64,000 bases of DNA from Candidatus Aenigmatarchaeota archaeon (GTDB lineage: Archaea > Aenigmatarchaeota > Aenigmatarchaeia > GW2011-AR5): contig JACPAG010000003.1 in the NCBI GenBank assembly GCA_016180945.1, positions 39,312-103,311 on the forward strand, given 5' to 3'. Shown here piece after piece: positions 46,055-54,101 of this stretch (position 1 is its first letter; each line of letters begins with the position of its first letter). The notes below the pieces were generated by a model, which was given only the letters and a program-made list of their open reading frames with translations, was not told the origin of the DNA and did no database searches. The position numbers and the translations under genes were made by a program.

Positions 46055-46148
46055 TACAAGCGATACCACCAGTCTCGGACTGGTGGTTCGTGGTGTAAAA
46101 AACTTTGTCGTTAATATCAAATGATGCAAGAAGGACTTGCGAGTCCTT
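46055..46148 (+). mobile_element. R2 palindromic element, copy 4
   Basis: Identical to the 30701 copy over this span. Confidence 0.75.
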
Positions 46149-46231
46149 TATCAAAAAGGATTTGAAGATTTCGAGGAAGGAATTTAAAAAATGCCTTTAA
46201 AAACTGTTGGAAATAAATTTAGGCGATACCT

Positions 46232-46747
46232 ATGGGATTAAGACCCGGAAGATGCTATACAAAGCTGCAGCGCCCGTATACGCGCCAGTCTATCCACGTC
46301 CCGAGAAAAGGCTACGTCAAGGGGGTGCCGAAGGCGAAGATAACCGAATTCCAGCTCGGCAAGGATAAGACATATGAAAACAGGCTTTATCTCGTCTCGA
46401 CGCGCGACGTCCAGATACGGCATAATTCTCTGGAGTCAGCCCGTGTCTCGGCCATCCAGATATTGGAAAAGCATCTGGGAAAGCTGTCCGACTTCTTTTT
46501 CAAAGTCCGCGTGTATCCGCACCAGGTCCTGAGGGAAAATTCCATGGCAACAGGCGCCGGCGCAGACCGTTTCCAGCAGGGCATGAGGCAGTCTTTTGGA
46601 AAGCCTGTTGGAACAGCAGCCCGCGTCAAAAAAGGCCAGGCGATTTTAGAAATACGCGTCAATAAAGTCGGCATAGCCGTCGTCAAAAAAGCCATGAAAC
46701 AGGCGCAGTACAAACTGCCGGTGCCATGCAGGATTGTAGTGGAGTAA
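46232..46747 (+). CDS. rpl10e: 50S ribosomal protein uL16/L10e
   Basis: LRPGRCY, QIRHNSLESAR, YPHQVLREN, GADR.Q.GMR.SFGKP. Confidence 0.97.
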   Translation: MGLRPGRCYTKLQRPYTRQSIHVPRKGYVKGVPKAKITEFQLGKDKTYENRLYLVSTRDVQIRHNSLESARVSAIQILEKHLGKLSDFFFKVRVYPHQVLRENSMATGAGADRFQQGMRQSFGKPVGTAARVKKGQAILEIRVNKVGIAVVKKAMKQAQYKLPVPCRIVVE

Positions 46748-46779
46748 AGAAATTTTAATCTTATTCTTCAATTAGAAGC

Positions 46780-46872
46780 ATGTCTAAGAAGGTATTTCTT
46801 GTGCATGGATGGGAAGGAGGCCCGGAGAAAGACTGGATTCCCTGGGTGAAGAGAGAACTGGAGAAATCTTGA
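46780..46872 (+). pseudogene. N-terminal fragment of an RBBP9/YdeN-like hydrolase
   Basis: MSKKVFLVHGWEGGPEKDWIPWVKRELEKS*. Confidence 0.6.
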
Positions 46873-46920
46873 ATCGTTGAAAGAAAACCAGAAGATGGAT
46901 GCAATTCTTAGAATTCAGAT

Positions 46921-47553
46921 TTAAGCCTCTTTTTCTTCCCTTTGAACGATTTCTTTATCCGGCTCGTAGCCGAAATCTTCCGGCTTTAGAGTGAATTCTT
47001 CGTTCCGTTTTTTCTTTATGAGCTGCGCAAGAAGCCATAAAATAAGTGCCAAAGACTTCTTGCCTTTGTTGTTGCACGGCAGCACAAAATCCAGGTACGC
47101 CGTCTCGTTGAAGGTATCGCAAAGCCCTATGATGGGTATTCTCATCTGTATGGCCTCTTTCAGGGCCTGCTTGTCCGCCAAAGGGTCTGTAACTATCATG
47201 ATTTCCGGCTCAAAAAATTCCTTGTAGGTCGGGTTTGTCAGCGAGCCCGGCATGAACCTTCCAACTACGGCTTTTCCGCCAACCGCTTCTGCAAACTTTT
47301 CCGCCGGCTCAAATCCGACCTCCTTTCTGGCTACAATAAGTATTCTCCTCCTCTGCGCCAGAAGGTTGGAAATAATATCGATCTTTTTGTCCAGCAGGCC
47401 TACGTTTAGCACAGCCAGTCCCGTAGGCCTTATTTTATAGATAAATCTTTTCATGTCGGCCGTCTTTGACGTCATTCCGATGTGCACGCCAGCCGACAGG
47501 TATTTTTCCTTCGGTATGAGGAGTTTTTCTTTTGCTTTAGTCACAAGTATCAC
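46921..47553 (-). CDS. rps2: 30S ribosomal protein uS2
   Basis: YLSAGVHIG, GRFMPGSLTNP, DP..D.QA, PCNNKG. Confidence 0.97.
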   Translation of the reverse strand: MILVTKAKEKLLIPKEKYLSAGVHIGMTSKTADMKRFIYKIRPTGLAVLNVGLLDKKIDIISNLLAQRRRILIVARKEVGFEPAEKFAEAVGGKAVVGRFMPGSLTNPTYKEFFEPEIMIVTDPLADKQALKEAIQMRIPIIGLCDTFNETAYLDFVLPCNNKGKKSLALILWLLAQLIKKKRNEEFTLKPEDFGYEPDKEIVQREEKEA

Positions 47554-47562
47554 AAAAACAGT

Positions 47563-47757
47563 TTATTCCTGAGCTGCAGGCATTCTCCTCTTCACGGTTA
47601 TAGGCAGTATGCCTTTTTCAAATTCCTGCTTTGCTATTTCTTTTGGGTCGTGCAGCTCCGTCTTTATCAGAACGGGCGCGCCCATGGAAATCTGCAGAGA
47701 CCTGGCGGAGATTATGCGCGTTTTTTCGAATCTCGTCAATCCTTCGTAATTGAACAT
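47563..47757 (-). CDS. rpoK: RNA polymerase subunit K (Rpo6)
   Basis: TRFEKTRIISARSLQISMGAP, LPITVKR. Confidence 0.96.
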   Translation of the reverse strand: MFNYEGLTRFEKTRIISARSLQISMGAPVLIKTELHDPKEIAKQEFEKGILPITVKRRMPAAQE

Positions 47758-47865
47758 GAAAGCACCCAAAAACAGTCCGGAATGTTGAATCATACAGCAA
47801 ACACAAGTATTAAGCAAAAACCTTTAATATGTTACTTTTATTGAAAATAATCATTTTACATATTT

Positions 47866-48138
47866 TCTTTTCTGCAGAAGACGTTTGTCTTCTGAGAAAT
47901 CCAAGAAAGCTTTTGCTTTCTTAGGATTTGACTGCAAGCAGAAACCACAAGGTTTCTGATGTCTCGAAAAGCTCTGCTTTTCGCAGACAAGCTACTTTCT
48001 CCCCTTTGCTTCGCAACTCGAAGAAAGCAGAGCTTTCTTGAGTCGCCAAAATGCTTCGCATTTTGCGCGAAGTCGAGAGCCATTTTATTCTTTTCCGCAA
48101 GCGCTTTTCTTTCTAAGAAAAGGGCTTAAAGGAGCTTA
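47866..48138. repeat. Composite palindromic array (R3 modules plus R4) between PAC2 and rpoK
   Basis: Multiple AAAGC..GCTTT, AGAAAC..GTTTCT, AGAAGAC..GTCTTCT hairpins; parts match 50447-50545 and the reverse of 51815-51890. Confidence 0.75.
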
Positions 48139-48903
48139 ACCTATGTATCTTATATCTTCTTTCGGCTTTGGCATTTCCTGGAGTATTTTCTTGTGGATTT
48201 TATCCGTCTTCTTTATCCTTTCTTCCATCTCTTTTATGGTCTTTTCAAGCCTTGAAAGGTCAACCTTGATTCCGAGTATCTTTGCCAGAACCTGAAGAAC
48301 CTTATCCGCGGCTTTGGGGTCGGTTACAAGCGGCAGCCCTATGGTCTCGCCCATCAGGCACACGCCGTCTATGTTGTACAGCTTTCCGAGACCTAACAGC
48401 AGGCCGGATGCCCCTACTATAGTCCCGATGGAATGCTCCTTTCCGAAATCTATGCCGTATTTTTCGTAAATCTTCAGCAGCTTTTTGTCGTTTACAGAAC
48501 CTATGACCCGCGGCTCTTCAACAACCCGGCCTTCGGCAAAACCGCCAAGTGTTATTATGTCGCTTACGCCCAGCTTTTGTGCAAAAGCCAGTATTTTTTC
48601 GCAGATTTCGTAGTGCCCTTCCGGCGATATGCTTTGCGTGTCGCCCGTCAGGATTATTATGTCCCTGTTCTTGGATTTGCAGTAATAGAATTCGTTTTTC
48701 AGCACGTGCGAAACAGAGTCATCGTGTATAATAACCAGAGGCAGAAAATGCGGCGAGTACAGTTCTGCAAATTTCTTCATCTTCATCTCGCTTACAAGAT
48801 AGCCGGCTGCCACCCTTCCAACGTTTCCTATTCCCGGCAGTCCCTCTACAAGAATGGGCTTTCTGAGCTTGACCTTCTCGAGCTGCTTTATAATCGTCTC
48901 CAT
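48136..48903 (-). CDS. Proteasome assembly chaperone PAC2 family protein
   Basis: EGLPGIGNVG, TGDTQ, ITLGG, IVGASGLLLG, CLMGET, C-terminal YIG. Confidence 0.92.
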   Translation of the reverse strand: METIIKQLEKVKLRKPILVEGLPGIGNVGRVAAGYLVSEMKMKKFAELYSPHFLPLVIIHDDSVSHVLKNEFYYCKSKNRDIIILTGDTQSISPEGHYEICEKILAFAQKLGVSDIITLGGFAEGRVVEEPRVIGSVNDKKLLKIYEKYGIDFGKEHSIGTIVGASGLLLGLGKLYNIDGVCLMGETIGLPLVTDPKAADKVLQVLAKILGIKVDLSRLEKTIKEMEERIKKTDKIHKKILQEMPKPKEDIRYIG

Positions 48904-48904
48904 A

Positions 48905-48935
48905 ATCCCCTAACCTTCGGTTAGTCGATAGCCAT
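48905..48935 (-). repeat. R1 element upstream of PAC2
   Basis: ATGGCTATC-GA-CTAACC-GAA-GGTTAG-GG-GAT-T-ATG. Confidence 0.85.
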
Positions 48936-49010
48936 CTTATAGATGTTTGCTCCTTTCAGTCGTAAGTCTATCCCATATTATTTTAATTTATGAATTATCT
49001 ATATGTTCCG

Positions 49011-49160
49011 CTATTTATACGTTGCCTTTGCCATTCTCCTGTATTTGCCGAAGCGGTCTTCCGAAGAAAACTTGGGCGGGTGAGGCGTTCTGGTTTTCTC
49101 GCCGCAATGCCCGTCAGCGAGCAGGTAGCTGCCGCATTTCACGCATTTTTTAAGCATCAT
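49011..49160 (-). CDS. nop10: H/ACA RNP protein Nop10 (not in ORF track)
   Basis: KKCVKCGSYLL...HCG..T..PHPPKFSSEDRFGKYRR; aIF2a-nop10-PAC2 synteny. Confidence 0.92.
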   Translation of the reverse strand: MMLKKCVKCGSYLLADGHCGEKTRTPHPPKFSSEDRFGKYRRMAKATYK

Positions 49161-49178
49161 TTCCAAAACATCTCACCT

Positions 49179-49325
49179 TATAGTGAATGACATAATATTT
49201 AAGACATTTTATATGTCATTTACATACACGCAAAAAGCAAAGCTTTTTGGTGCACCAGAAAACTCTATTTTCTGTGTGTAGCACGGACATCCTAATATGT
49301 CTGAATACTTATGTCCGATGCTATA
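49179..49325 (+). mobile_element. TATAG...CTATA element (R3), 147 bp, at the aIF2a stop codon
   Basis: Same architecture as 40657/52311/55076; excision leaving one TATA gives CTA TAA GGTGAG (stop plus nop10 RBS). Confidence 0.7.
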
Positions 49326-50076
49326 GTACCTTGACTTCCGCTTCTGCGTCCGGCTTGGCCAGCGACACGATTGTGTCCATCTTTTCCAGAAACTCCTTTT
49401 CCCCTTTTTTCGCGTTTTTGGTCTTGTATTTTACCAGATATTCAGGCGCGCTTATGTACTTTACTTCCAGATTCATTTTTTCCGCCTTTGCCAGAATGTC
49501 CTTTATAATGTTTACGCCGTTTTCCTTGTAAGACCTGAGAAACAGCTTTGACGCGAATACAAACTCTTTCTGCTCGATATTCTTTTCCGCAACCTCTTTT
49601 AGCAGCGCAATCCATTTTTCGTCAATCTCTTTTTTCTTCAGCGCCTCCGTGTCGCTTAGTGCCCTTTTGAACCCTTCGTACAGCGAACCAAAACTCTCCT
49701 GAAGAAGAAATCCGATTTCGCTATAAACCTCGTCCAGTCTTTTGCCCGCCTTCTGGGCAACAATCTCCAGCATCTTCTCCGCCTTCTGGTTCAGGTTGTA
49801 TTCCTTCATCTTGTCTTTTTTTTGCTTCTCGTCAACGCGTTTCAGCGATAAACTCAGTCCTCTGTCGTCAACCCTCACGACCTTTGCTATTACGCTCTGC
49901 CCCTCCTTGATGTGGTTTCTTATGTCCCTTACCCAGCCGCTGCTTACCTCAGAGATGTGTATCATGCCTTCGGCGTCGTATTCTTCCAGCACGGCAAAAG
50001 CCGAATTCGGATTAAGCCTGCTTATTTTGCAGATTACAACCTCGCCCAGAGAAGGAAGACCGCGCTTTTTTACCAT
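49321..50076 (-). CDS. eif2a: Translation initiation factor 2 subunit alpha
   Basis: LP..GEVVI, IHISEVSSGWVRDIR, LSLKRV, YISAPEY. Confidence 0.96.
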   Translation of the reverse strand: MVKKRGLPSLGEVVICKISRLNPNSAFAVLEEYDAEGMIHISEVSSGWVRDIRNHIKEGQSVIAKVVRVDDRGLSLSLKRVDEKQKKDKMKEYNLNQKAEKMLEIVAQKAGKRLDEVYSEIGFLLQESFGSLYEGFKRALSDTEALKKKEIDEKWIALLKEVAEKNIEQKEFVFASKLFLRSYKENGVNIIKDILAKAEKMNLEVKYISAPEYLVKYKTKNAKKGEKEFLEKMDTIVSLAKPDAEAEVKVL

Positions 50077-50085
50077 TTTTTCGCC

Positions 50086-50418
50086 TCAATACAATTTTCC
50101 GCCTGCTGGAACATTCCGTTCAGGCTGGATTAATATGCAGTCATGATTTTCATCAGGAACGCCCAGCGTCAATACCTCGGAAATTTCAGGACCAATATGT
50201 TTCGGCGGAAAATTCACTACGCATAGAACCAATTTATTTTTCAACTCCGCCTTACTGTAATTTTTCACAAGCTGGGCACATGATTTTTTAATGCCGATTT
50301 CTTTCCCAAAATCAATCTTCAATTTATACGTTGGTTTCTTTGCTTCAGGAAAATCCTCTACTTCGGCGATTTTCCCAACCCTGATATCCAATTTCTGAAA
50401 ATCGTCAAATGTAGCCAT
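50086..50418 (-). CDS. CsaA/Trbp111 tRNA-binding protein
   Basis: FDDFQKLDIRVGKI, VVNFPPK.IG..SEVLTLG. Confidence 0.92.
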   Translation of the reverse strand: MATFDDFQKLDIRVGKIAEVEDFPEAKKPTYKLKIDFGKEIGIKKSCAQLVKNYSKAELKNKLVLCVVNFPPKHIGPEISEVLTLGVPDENHDCILIQPERNVPAGGKLY

Positions 50419-50446
50419 AACTTATCCCTATTATGGATAATTTTCT

Positions 50447-50650
50447 TTCTTTTCTCAGAAGACATTCGTCTTCTGGAAACTCCAGAAAGCTTTGCAAGCG
50501 GAGAATCAGAGATTCTCCGATGCATCAATGAGCTTTGCTGGCGTTTCTTTATCCCCTAACTTCGTTAGTCGATAGCCATATTACTTATATATTTTCTTTT
50601 CCCAAGGCTTTTCTTTTTAAAAAGAAAAGGCTTAAAGAAAAGGGCTTTTA
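50447..50650 (-). repeat. Composite R4-R1-R3 spacer between rps27e and the CsaA gene
   Basis: Post-stop palindrome 50598-50650, R1 at 50551-50579 (CTAAC-GAA-GTTAG), R3 modules 50447-50545. Confidence 0.75.
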
Positions 50651-50824
50651 CTTGTCCAGAACCTGCATAGCCTTCGTCTTTATGTCGGCCATCCCGCCGC
50701 GCGGTTCTGCTAATACTTTGCCGCATACAAGGCATTTGACGACTGTCGCGGCATGGCTGAACAGTATCTGCTCATTGCGGCATTTCACGCACTTGACCTT
50801 CAAAAACTTGCTTTCCGGCTCCAT
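50648..50824 (-). CDS. rps27e: 30S ribosomal protein eS27 (not in ORF track)
   Basis: SKFLKVKCVKCRNEQILFSHAATVVKCLVCGKVLAEPRGG. Confidence 0.96.
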   Translation of the reverse strand: MEPESKFLKVKCVKCRNEQILFSHAATVVKCLVCGKVLAEPRGGMADIKTKAMQVLDK

Positions 50825-50825
50825 T

Positions 50826-50856
50826 ATCCCCTTTGCTCCGCAAAGTCGATTGCCAT
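50826..50856 (-). repeat. R1 element upstream of rps27e
   Basis: ATGGCAATC-GA-CTTTGC-GGA-GCAAAG-GG-GAT-A-ATG. Confidence 0.85.
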
Positions 50857-50997
50857 ATTAATAATGTTTGGTCGCTACGCTCCAATCGGAATAATTGGAT
50901 AGAAGGTTTAAATAAGTAAATAAATATCTTCCTGTCGTACTTCAAGACCCCTTAAATAATTTGCGCCTAATAGAATTCTCGTTGAGGTGGATTGTTC

Positions 50998-51309
50998 ATG
51001 AAACCGGATGATATATTGGAAATCATAGAAATTTCCAGGGATACGGGAAAAATAAGAAAGGGCGTTAACGAAGCGACTAAGGCGGTGGAGCGCGGTGTTG
51101 CACAGGCGATTGTTGTCGCAGACGATGTGGACCCGCCAGAGATCGTGATGCACCTCCAGCCGTTGTGCGACGAAAAAAAGATCTTGTTGTTCAGGGTGCC
51201 AAGCAAAAACGAGCTTGGCCGTGCGGCCGGCATCAACGTTTCTACGGCGGCCGTGGCTATCATGGACGCAGGAGAAGCCAAGAAAAAACTAGGCGAAGCG
51301 GCGAAATAA
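50998..51309 (+). CDS. rpl7ae: 50S ribosomal protein L7Ae
   Basis: [40 protein letters not shown]. Confidence 0.96.
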   Translation: MKPDDILEIIEISRDTGKIRKGVNEATKAVERGVAQAIVVADDVDPPEIVMHLQPLCDEKKILLFRVPSKNELGRAAGINVSTAAVAIMDAGEAKKKLGEAAK

Positions 51310-51322
51310 GCAAAATTTGTCA

Positions 51323-51571
51323 ATGTATAAAATGATAGCTATGTCAGAACCAGGAATTGGGTTTCATGTCAGGCGTATTTTAATTAGGCCTGACGGAAGC
51401 AGAGAAGATGAGGGACTAATTTTCCCACAGGGATACGACCAAATGAAAACCGGTTCTCTCCTTCCTTATCCGACGATGGATGAAGCAAGATTAGCAAAGC
51501 AGCAAATTTTAGCAGAAGGTTTACCATCGGGTAGGACATTAGTAATTTACAGCGTAAATGAAGTAGAATAA
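51323..51571 (+). CDS. Orphan ORF between rpl7ae and rps28e
   Basis: 82-aa ORF fills the gap; A/T-ending codons. Confidence 0.5.
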   Translation: MYKMIAMSEPGIGFHVRRILIRPDGSREDEGLIFPQGYDQMKTGSLLPYPTMDEARLAKQQILAEGLPSGRTLVIYSVNEVE

Positions 51572-51581
51572 AGTGATGTTG

Positions 51582-51791
51582 ATGCCAACCGATGCAATGC
51601 CTGCCGAAATAATAACGATATTAGGCAGGTCAGGAAACAAGGGAATATTCAGCGTTAAATGCAAGGTGCTGGACGGCCGGGACAAGGGAAAAGTGCTTAC
51701 AAGAAACGTTATCGGCCCCGTGCGGCTGGGCGATGTTCTGATGCTGCGCGACACAGAGATGGAAGCGTCCGAATCTTACGGCAGGCGATAA
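51582..51791 (+). CDS. rps28e: 30S ribosomal protein eS28
   Basis: PAEII..LGRSG..G, VKCKVL, RNVIGPVRLGDVLML. Confidence 0.96.
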   Translation: MPTDAMPAEIITILGRSGNKGIFSVKCKVLDGRDKGKVLTRNVIGPVRLGDVLMLRDTEMEASESYGRR

Positions 51792-51941
51792 GCTCCTTTT
51801 TCTTTAGAAAAGAAAAAGTAGCTTGTCTGTGGAAAGCAAGAGCTTTCCAAGATCTCAGAAACCAGAAGGTTTCTGCAGACAGTCAAAAAGAAAATAATAA
51901 TTTATATAATATGGCTATCGACTCTGCGAAGCAGAGGGGAT
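51789..51941 (+). repeat. Composite R4-R3-R1 spacer between rps28e and rpl24e
   Basis: TAAGCTCCTTTTTCTT..., GGAAAGC..GCTTTCC, AGAAACC..GGTTTCT, then ATGGCTATC-GA-CTCTGC-GAA-GCAGAG-GG-GAT. Confidence 0.8.
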
Positions 51942-51945
51942 GTAT

Positions 51946-52104
51946 ATGGCTAAGTGTTCATTTTGCAGTTCATCGATAGAAGCAGGCACTGGAAAAACGA
52001 TTATCCAGAAAACCGGCAAGATAAGCTACTTCTGCTCCAAAAAATGCGAAAAAAACCTGTTCAAGCTGGGCCGTGACCCGAGAAAATTCAAATGGGCTCA
52101 ATAA
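51946..52104 (+). CDS. rpl24e: 50S ribosomal protein eL24 (not in ORF track)
   Basis: KCSFC...IEAGTG...FCSKKCEKN...GRDPRKFKW. Confidence 0.95.
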   Translation: MAKCSFCSSSIEAGTGKTIIQKTGKISYFCSKKCEKNLFKLGRDPRKFKWAQ

Positions 52105-52295
52105 TGTCCGAATTTATAAGAGATATTAGAAGGAATTTTTCTCACGACTTTAGTGAAAGGCCCGTTTCGGCAATTGGCGAAGCTTGCCTTGTATTTTCTC
52201 TTCCTCTGTACCTCATGACAGGCAACACCTATGCCGGTGGTGCGGCAGCCATATCCAGTATAATAACAGCTACAGGTTATGTACTTGGCCGCTAG
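52104..52295 (+). CDS. Orphan small membrane ORF coupled to rpl24e (TAATG)
   Basis: 63 aa, two hydrophobic stretches. Confidence 0.45.
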   Translation: MSEFIRDIRRNFSHDFSERPVSAIGEACLVFSLPLYLMTGNTYAGGAAAISSIITATGYVLGR

Positions 52296-52310
52296 TTAGA
52301 TAACTCCTTT

Positions 52311-52568
52311 TATAGTGAAACCAGAAAAGAATCGGTATATTAATTTCTGGTTTTACATACACACAAAGAAGCATAGCTTCTTCTCCAAGAGGCCAAAGGT
52401 CTCTGGAGACTCAGGAAAGCTTTGCAAGCGGAGAATCTGGGATTCTCCGATGCACCAATGAGCTTTGCTCATTGCTTGCTTTCCTCGAGTTGGTGCGCCA
52501 GAAAACTTTGTTTTCTGCGTGTAGTCAGCAAGGATGTAATATGCTGTTTGTTTCCTTGCATGACTATA
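52311..52568 (+). mobile_element. TATAG...CTATA element (R3), 258 bp with 54-bp nested insert (52426-52479)
   Basis: Colinear with reverse of 40657-40859 apart from the insert. Confidence 0.78.
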
Positions 52569-52594
52569 AATTTCCAGACGATTATATATTTAAC

Positions 52595-53056
52595 ATGAAA
52601 GTCAGGGACGTGATGACCAGAGATTTGATAACCATCAGGAATGACAATAAAGTTAAGCACGCCCTTGAGGCGCTTGCAAAGAATAAAATATCCTGCTGCC
52701 CTGTTCTGGACAGGAAAAACAATTTTCTTGGAATAATAACCCAGACGGATATAATAAAAATAATAGACGTCCATTCTAAAATTCACAAGGCAAAAGAGAT
52801 GTTTCCGCTGATCGCCGCCGCCGCCAGGTCGAAAAATTATGACAAGCTCAGGAGGGAGATAAAATCAGTCATGGACATGGAAGTAAGCAATTTCATGAAC
52901 AGGGAGCCTGTGACCATCGCTGCCCACGAAGACCTTTATACGGCAGCCAAGGTTATGAACAAGCACGGCATAAACCACCTTCCCGTTGTCAATAAGAACA
53001 AGCTCGTGGGAATTCTCAGCAAAAGCGACCTGATAAAGACATTGGAAAAATTATAG
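52595..53056 (+). CDS. CBS-domain pair protein
   Basis: MKVRDVMT, CPVLD...GIITQTDI, LPVV....LVGILSKSDL. Confidence 0.9.
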   Translation: MKVRDVMTRDLITIRNDNKVKHALEALAKNKISCCPVLDRKNNFLGIITQTDIIKIIDVHSKIHKAKEMFPLIAAAARSKNYDKLRREIKSVMDMEVSNFMNREPVTIAAHEDLYTAAKVMNKHGINHLPVVNKNKLVGILSKSDLIKTLEKL

Positions 53057-53287
53057 ATGATGTCAATGCCTATTCCACCGCCCCATCCGCCAAATCACAA
53101 GCCGCCACATTTAAGAGAAAGAACATCTTTAGTAAAGAGTTTAATTATCTCAACAGTAATAGCAATTATTTTTTATTTTATTATGGACTATCTTAATGTT
53201 CCGTTGGGAGGGTCTGTCCCGGCTTCTGTTGCACTATGGACAGGATTGGTGGCTATTTTAGCCAAACTATTGGGGAAACATCCTTAG
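53057..53287 (+). CDS. Small Pro/His-rich two-TM protein
   Basis: Abuts CBS stop; two hydrophobic helices. Confidence 0.5.
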   Translation: MMSMPIPPPHPPNHKPPHLRERTSLVKSLIISTVIAIIFYFIMDYLNVPLGGSVPASVALWTGLVAILAKLLGKHP

Positions 53288-53295
53288 TTATCTTT

Positions 53296-54000
53296 TCAGC
53301 TTCCGAACCTTCTTTTCCTGCTTTCAAACTCTTCTATAGCTTCCTGGAAGTCCTTTTTTGTCAGTTCCGGCCATTTTCTGTCGGTGAATATCAATTCTGC
53401 ATACGCCGACTGGAAAGGCAGAAAATTCGATAGCCTTTTTTCGCCGCCTGTCCGGAATATCATGTCCGGCTCCGGCTGCCCGTTAGTGTAAAGGTGCTCT
53501 TTCAGTATTTTTTCGTTAAGCTGGGCAGGGCTTATTACGCCTTTCAGTCCTTTTTCCAGTATTTTTTTTGTCGCGTCTACAAGCTCTTGCTGCCCGCCAT
53601 AAGCGACGGCTATGTTAAGCGCGTATTTTTTGTATTTTTTCGTCCGCTCCTCAACGAGCTTCATCTTTTTCTGCAGATGTTCCGGCAAAACTGACGTCCT
53701 TCCGATGAACCGGACGCGCACACGGAATTTGTGAACGACGTGGTTTGCGTTTTTCAGTATACTCTCGGTTTCCATGCCAAGATATTTCAGGATAAAGCTC
53801 AGCTCTTTTTTAGGCCTGGTTGAGATATTTTCAAGCGACAGCACGTATGCCGTTATATATTTTATGCCCGCTTCGCAGGCCCACTGCAAAACTTGCCGCG
53901 ACTTTATGAGGCCGACCTTATGGCCTTCCCAGGGACGTTTCATAATCTGCCGGGCAAATCTCCTGTTGCCGTCAAGAATAACGCCTATATGCCTTATCAT
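53296..54000 (-). CDS. uppS: cis-prenyltransferase (undecaprenyl-PP synthase family)
   Basis: HIGVILDGNRRFA, S.EN..RP, AYGG, RTGGEKRLSNFL. Confidence 0.95.
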   Translation of the reverse strand: MIRHIGVILDGNRRFARQIMKRPWEGHKVGLIKSRQVLQWACEAGIKYITAYVLSLENISTRPKKELSFILKYLGMETESILKNANHVVHKFRVRVRFIGRTSVLPEHLQKKMKLVEERTKKYKKYALNIAVAYGGQQELVDATKKILEKGLKGVISPAQLNEKILKEHLYTNGQPEPDMIFRTGGEKRLSNFLPFQSAYAELIFTDRKWPELTKKDFQEAIEEFESRKRRFGS

Positions 54001-54101
54001 CGCAATACCACTATTGTTATTAAACGTATAGATTTTAAATCTAACGATAAACCTATATGTTATCGGTATAAAAATAGATTTAGGACAATGTTAGAAATGA
54101 T

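Noticed and set aside
11573..46129. Three minus-strand ORFs sharing TKFFTPRTTSPRLVVSLV (11573, 30560, 45803)
   Set aside because: The shared peptide is the R2 repeat read antisense. The N-terminal part of 11573-11968 could be a real orphan, but I have no support for it.
47856..48083. Short ORFs over palindromic arrays (47856, 40589, 40728, 49247, 50535, 51659)
   Set aside because: They coincide with non-coding repeats or overlap real genes.
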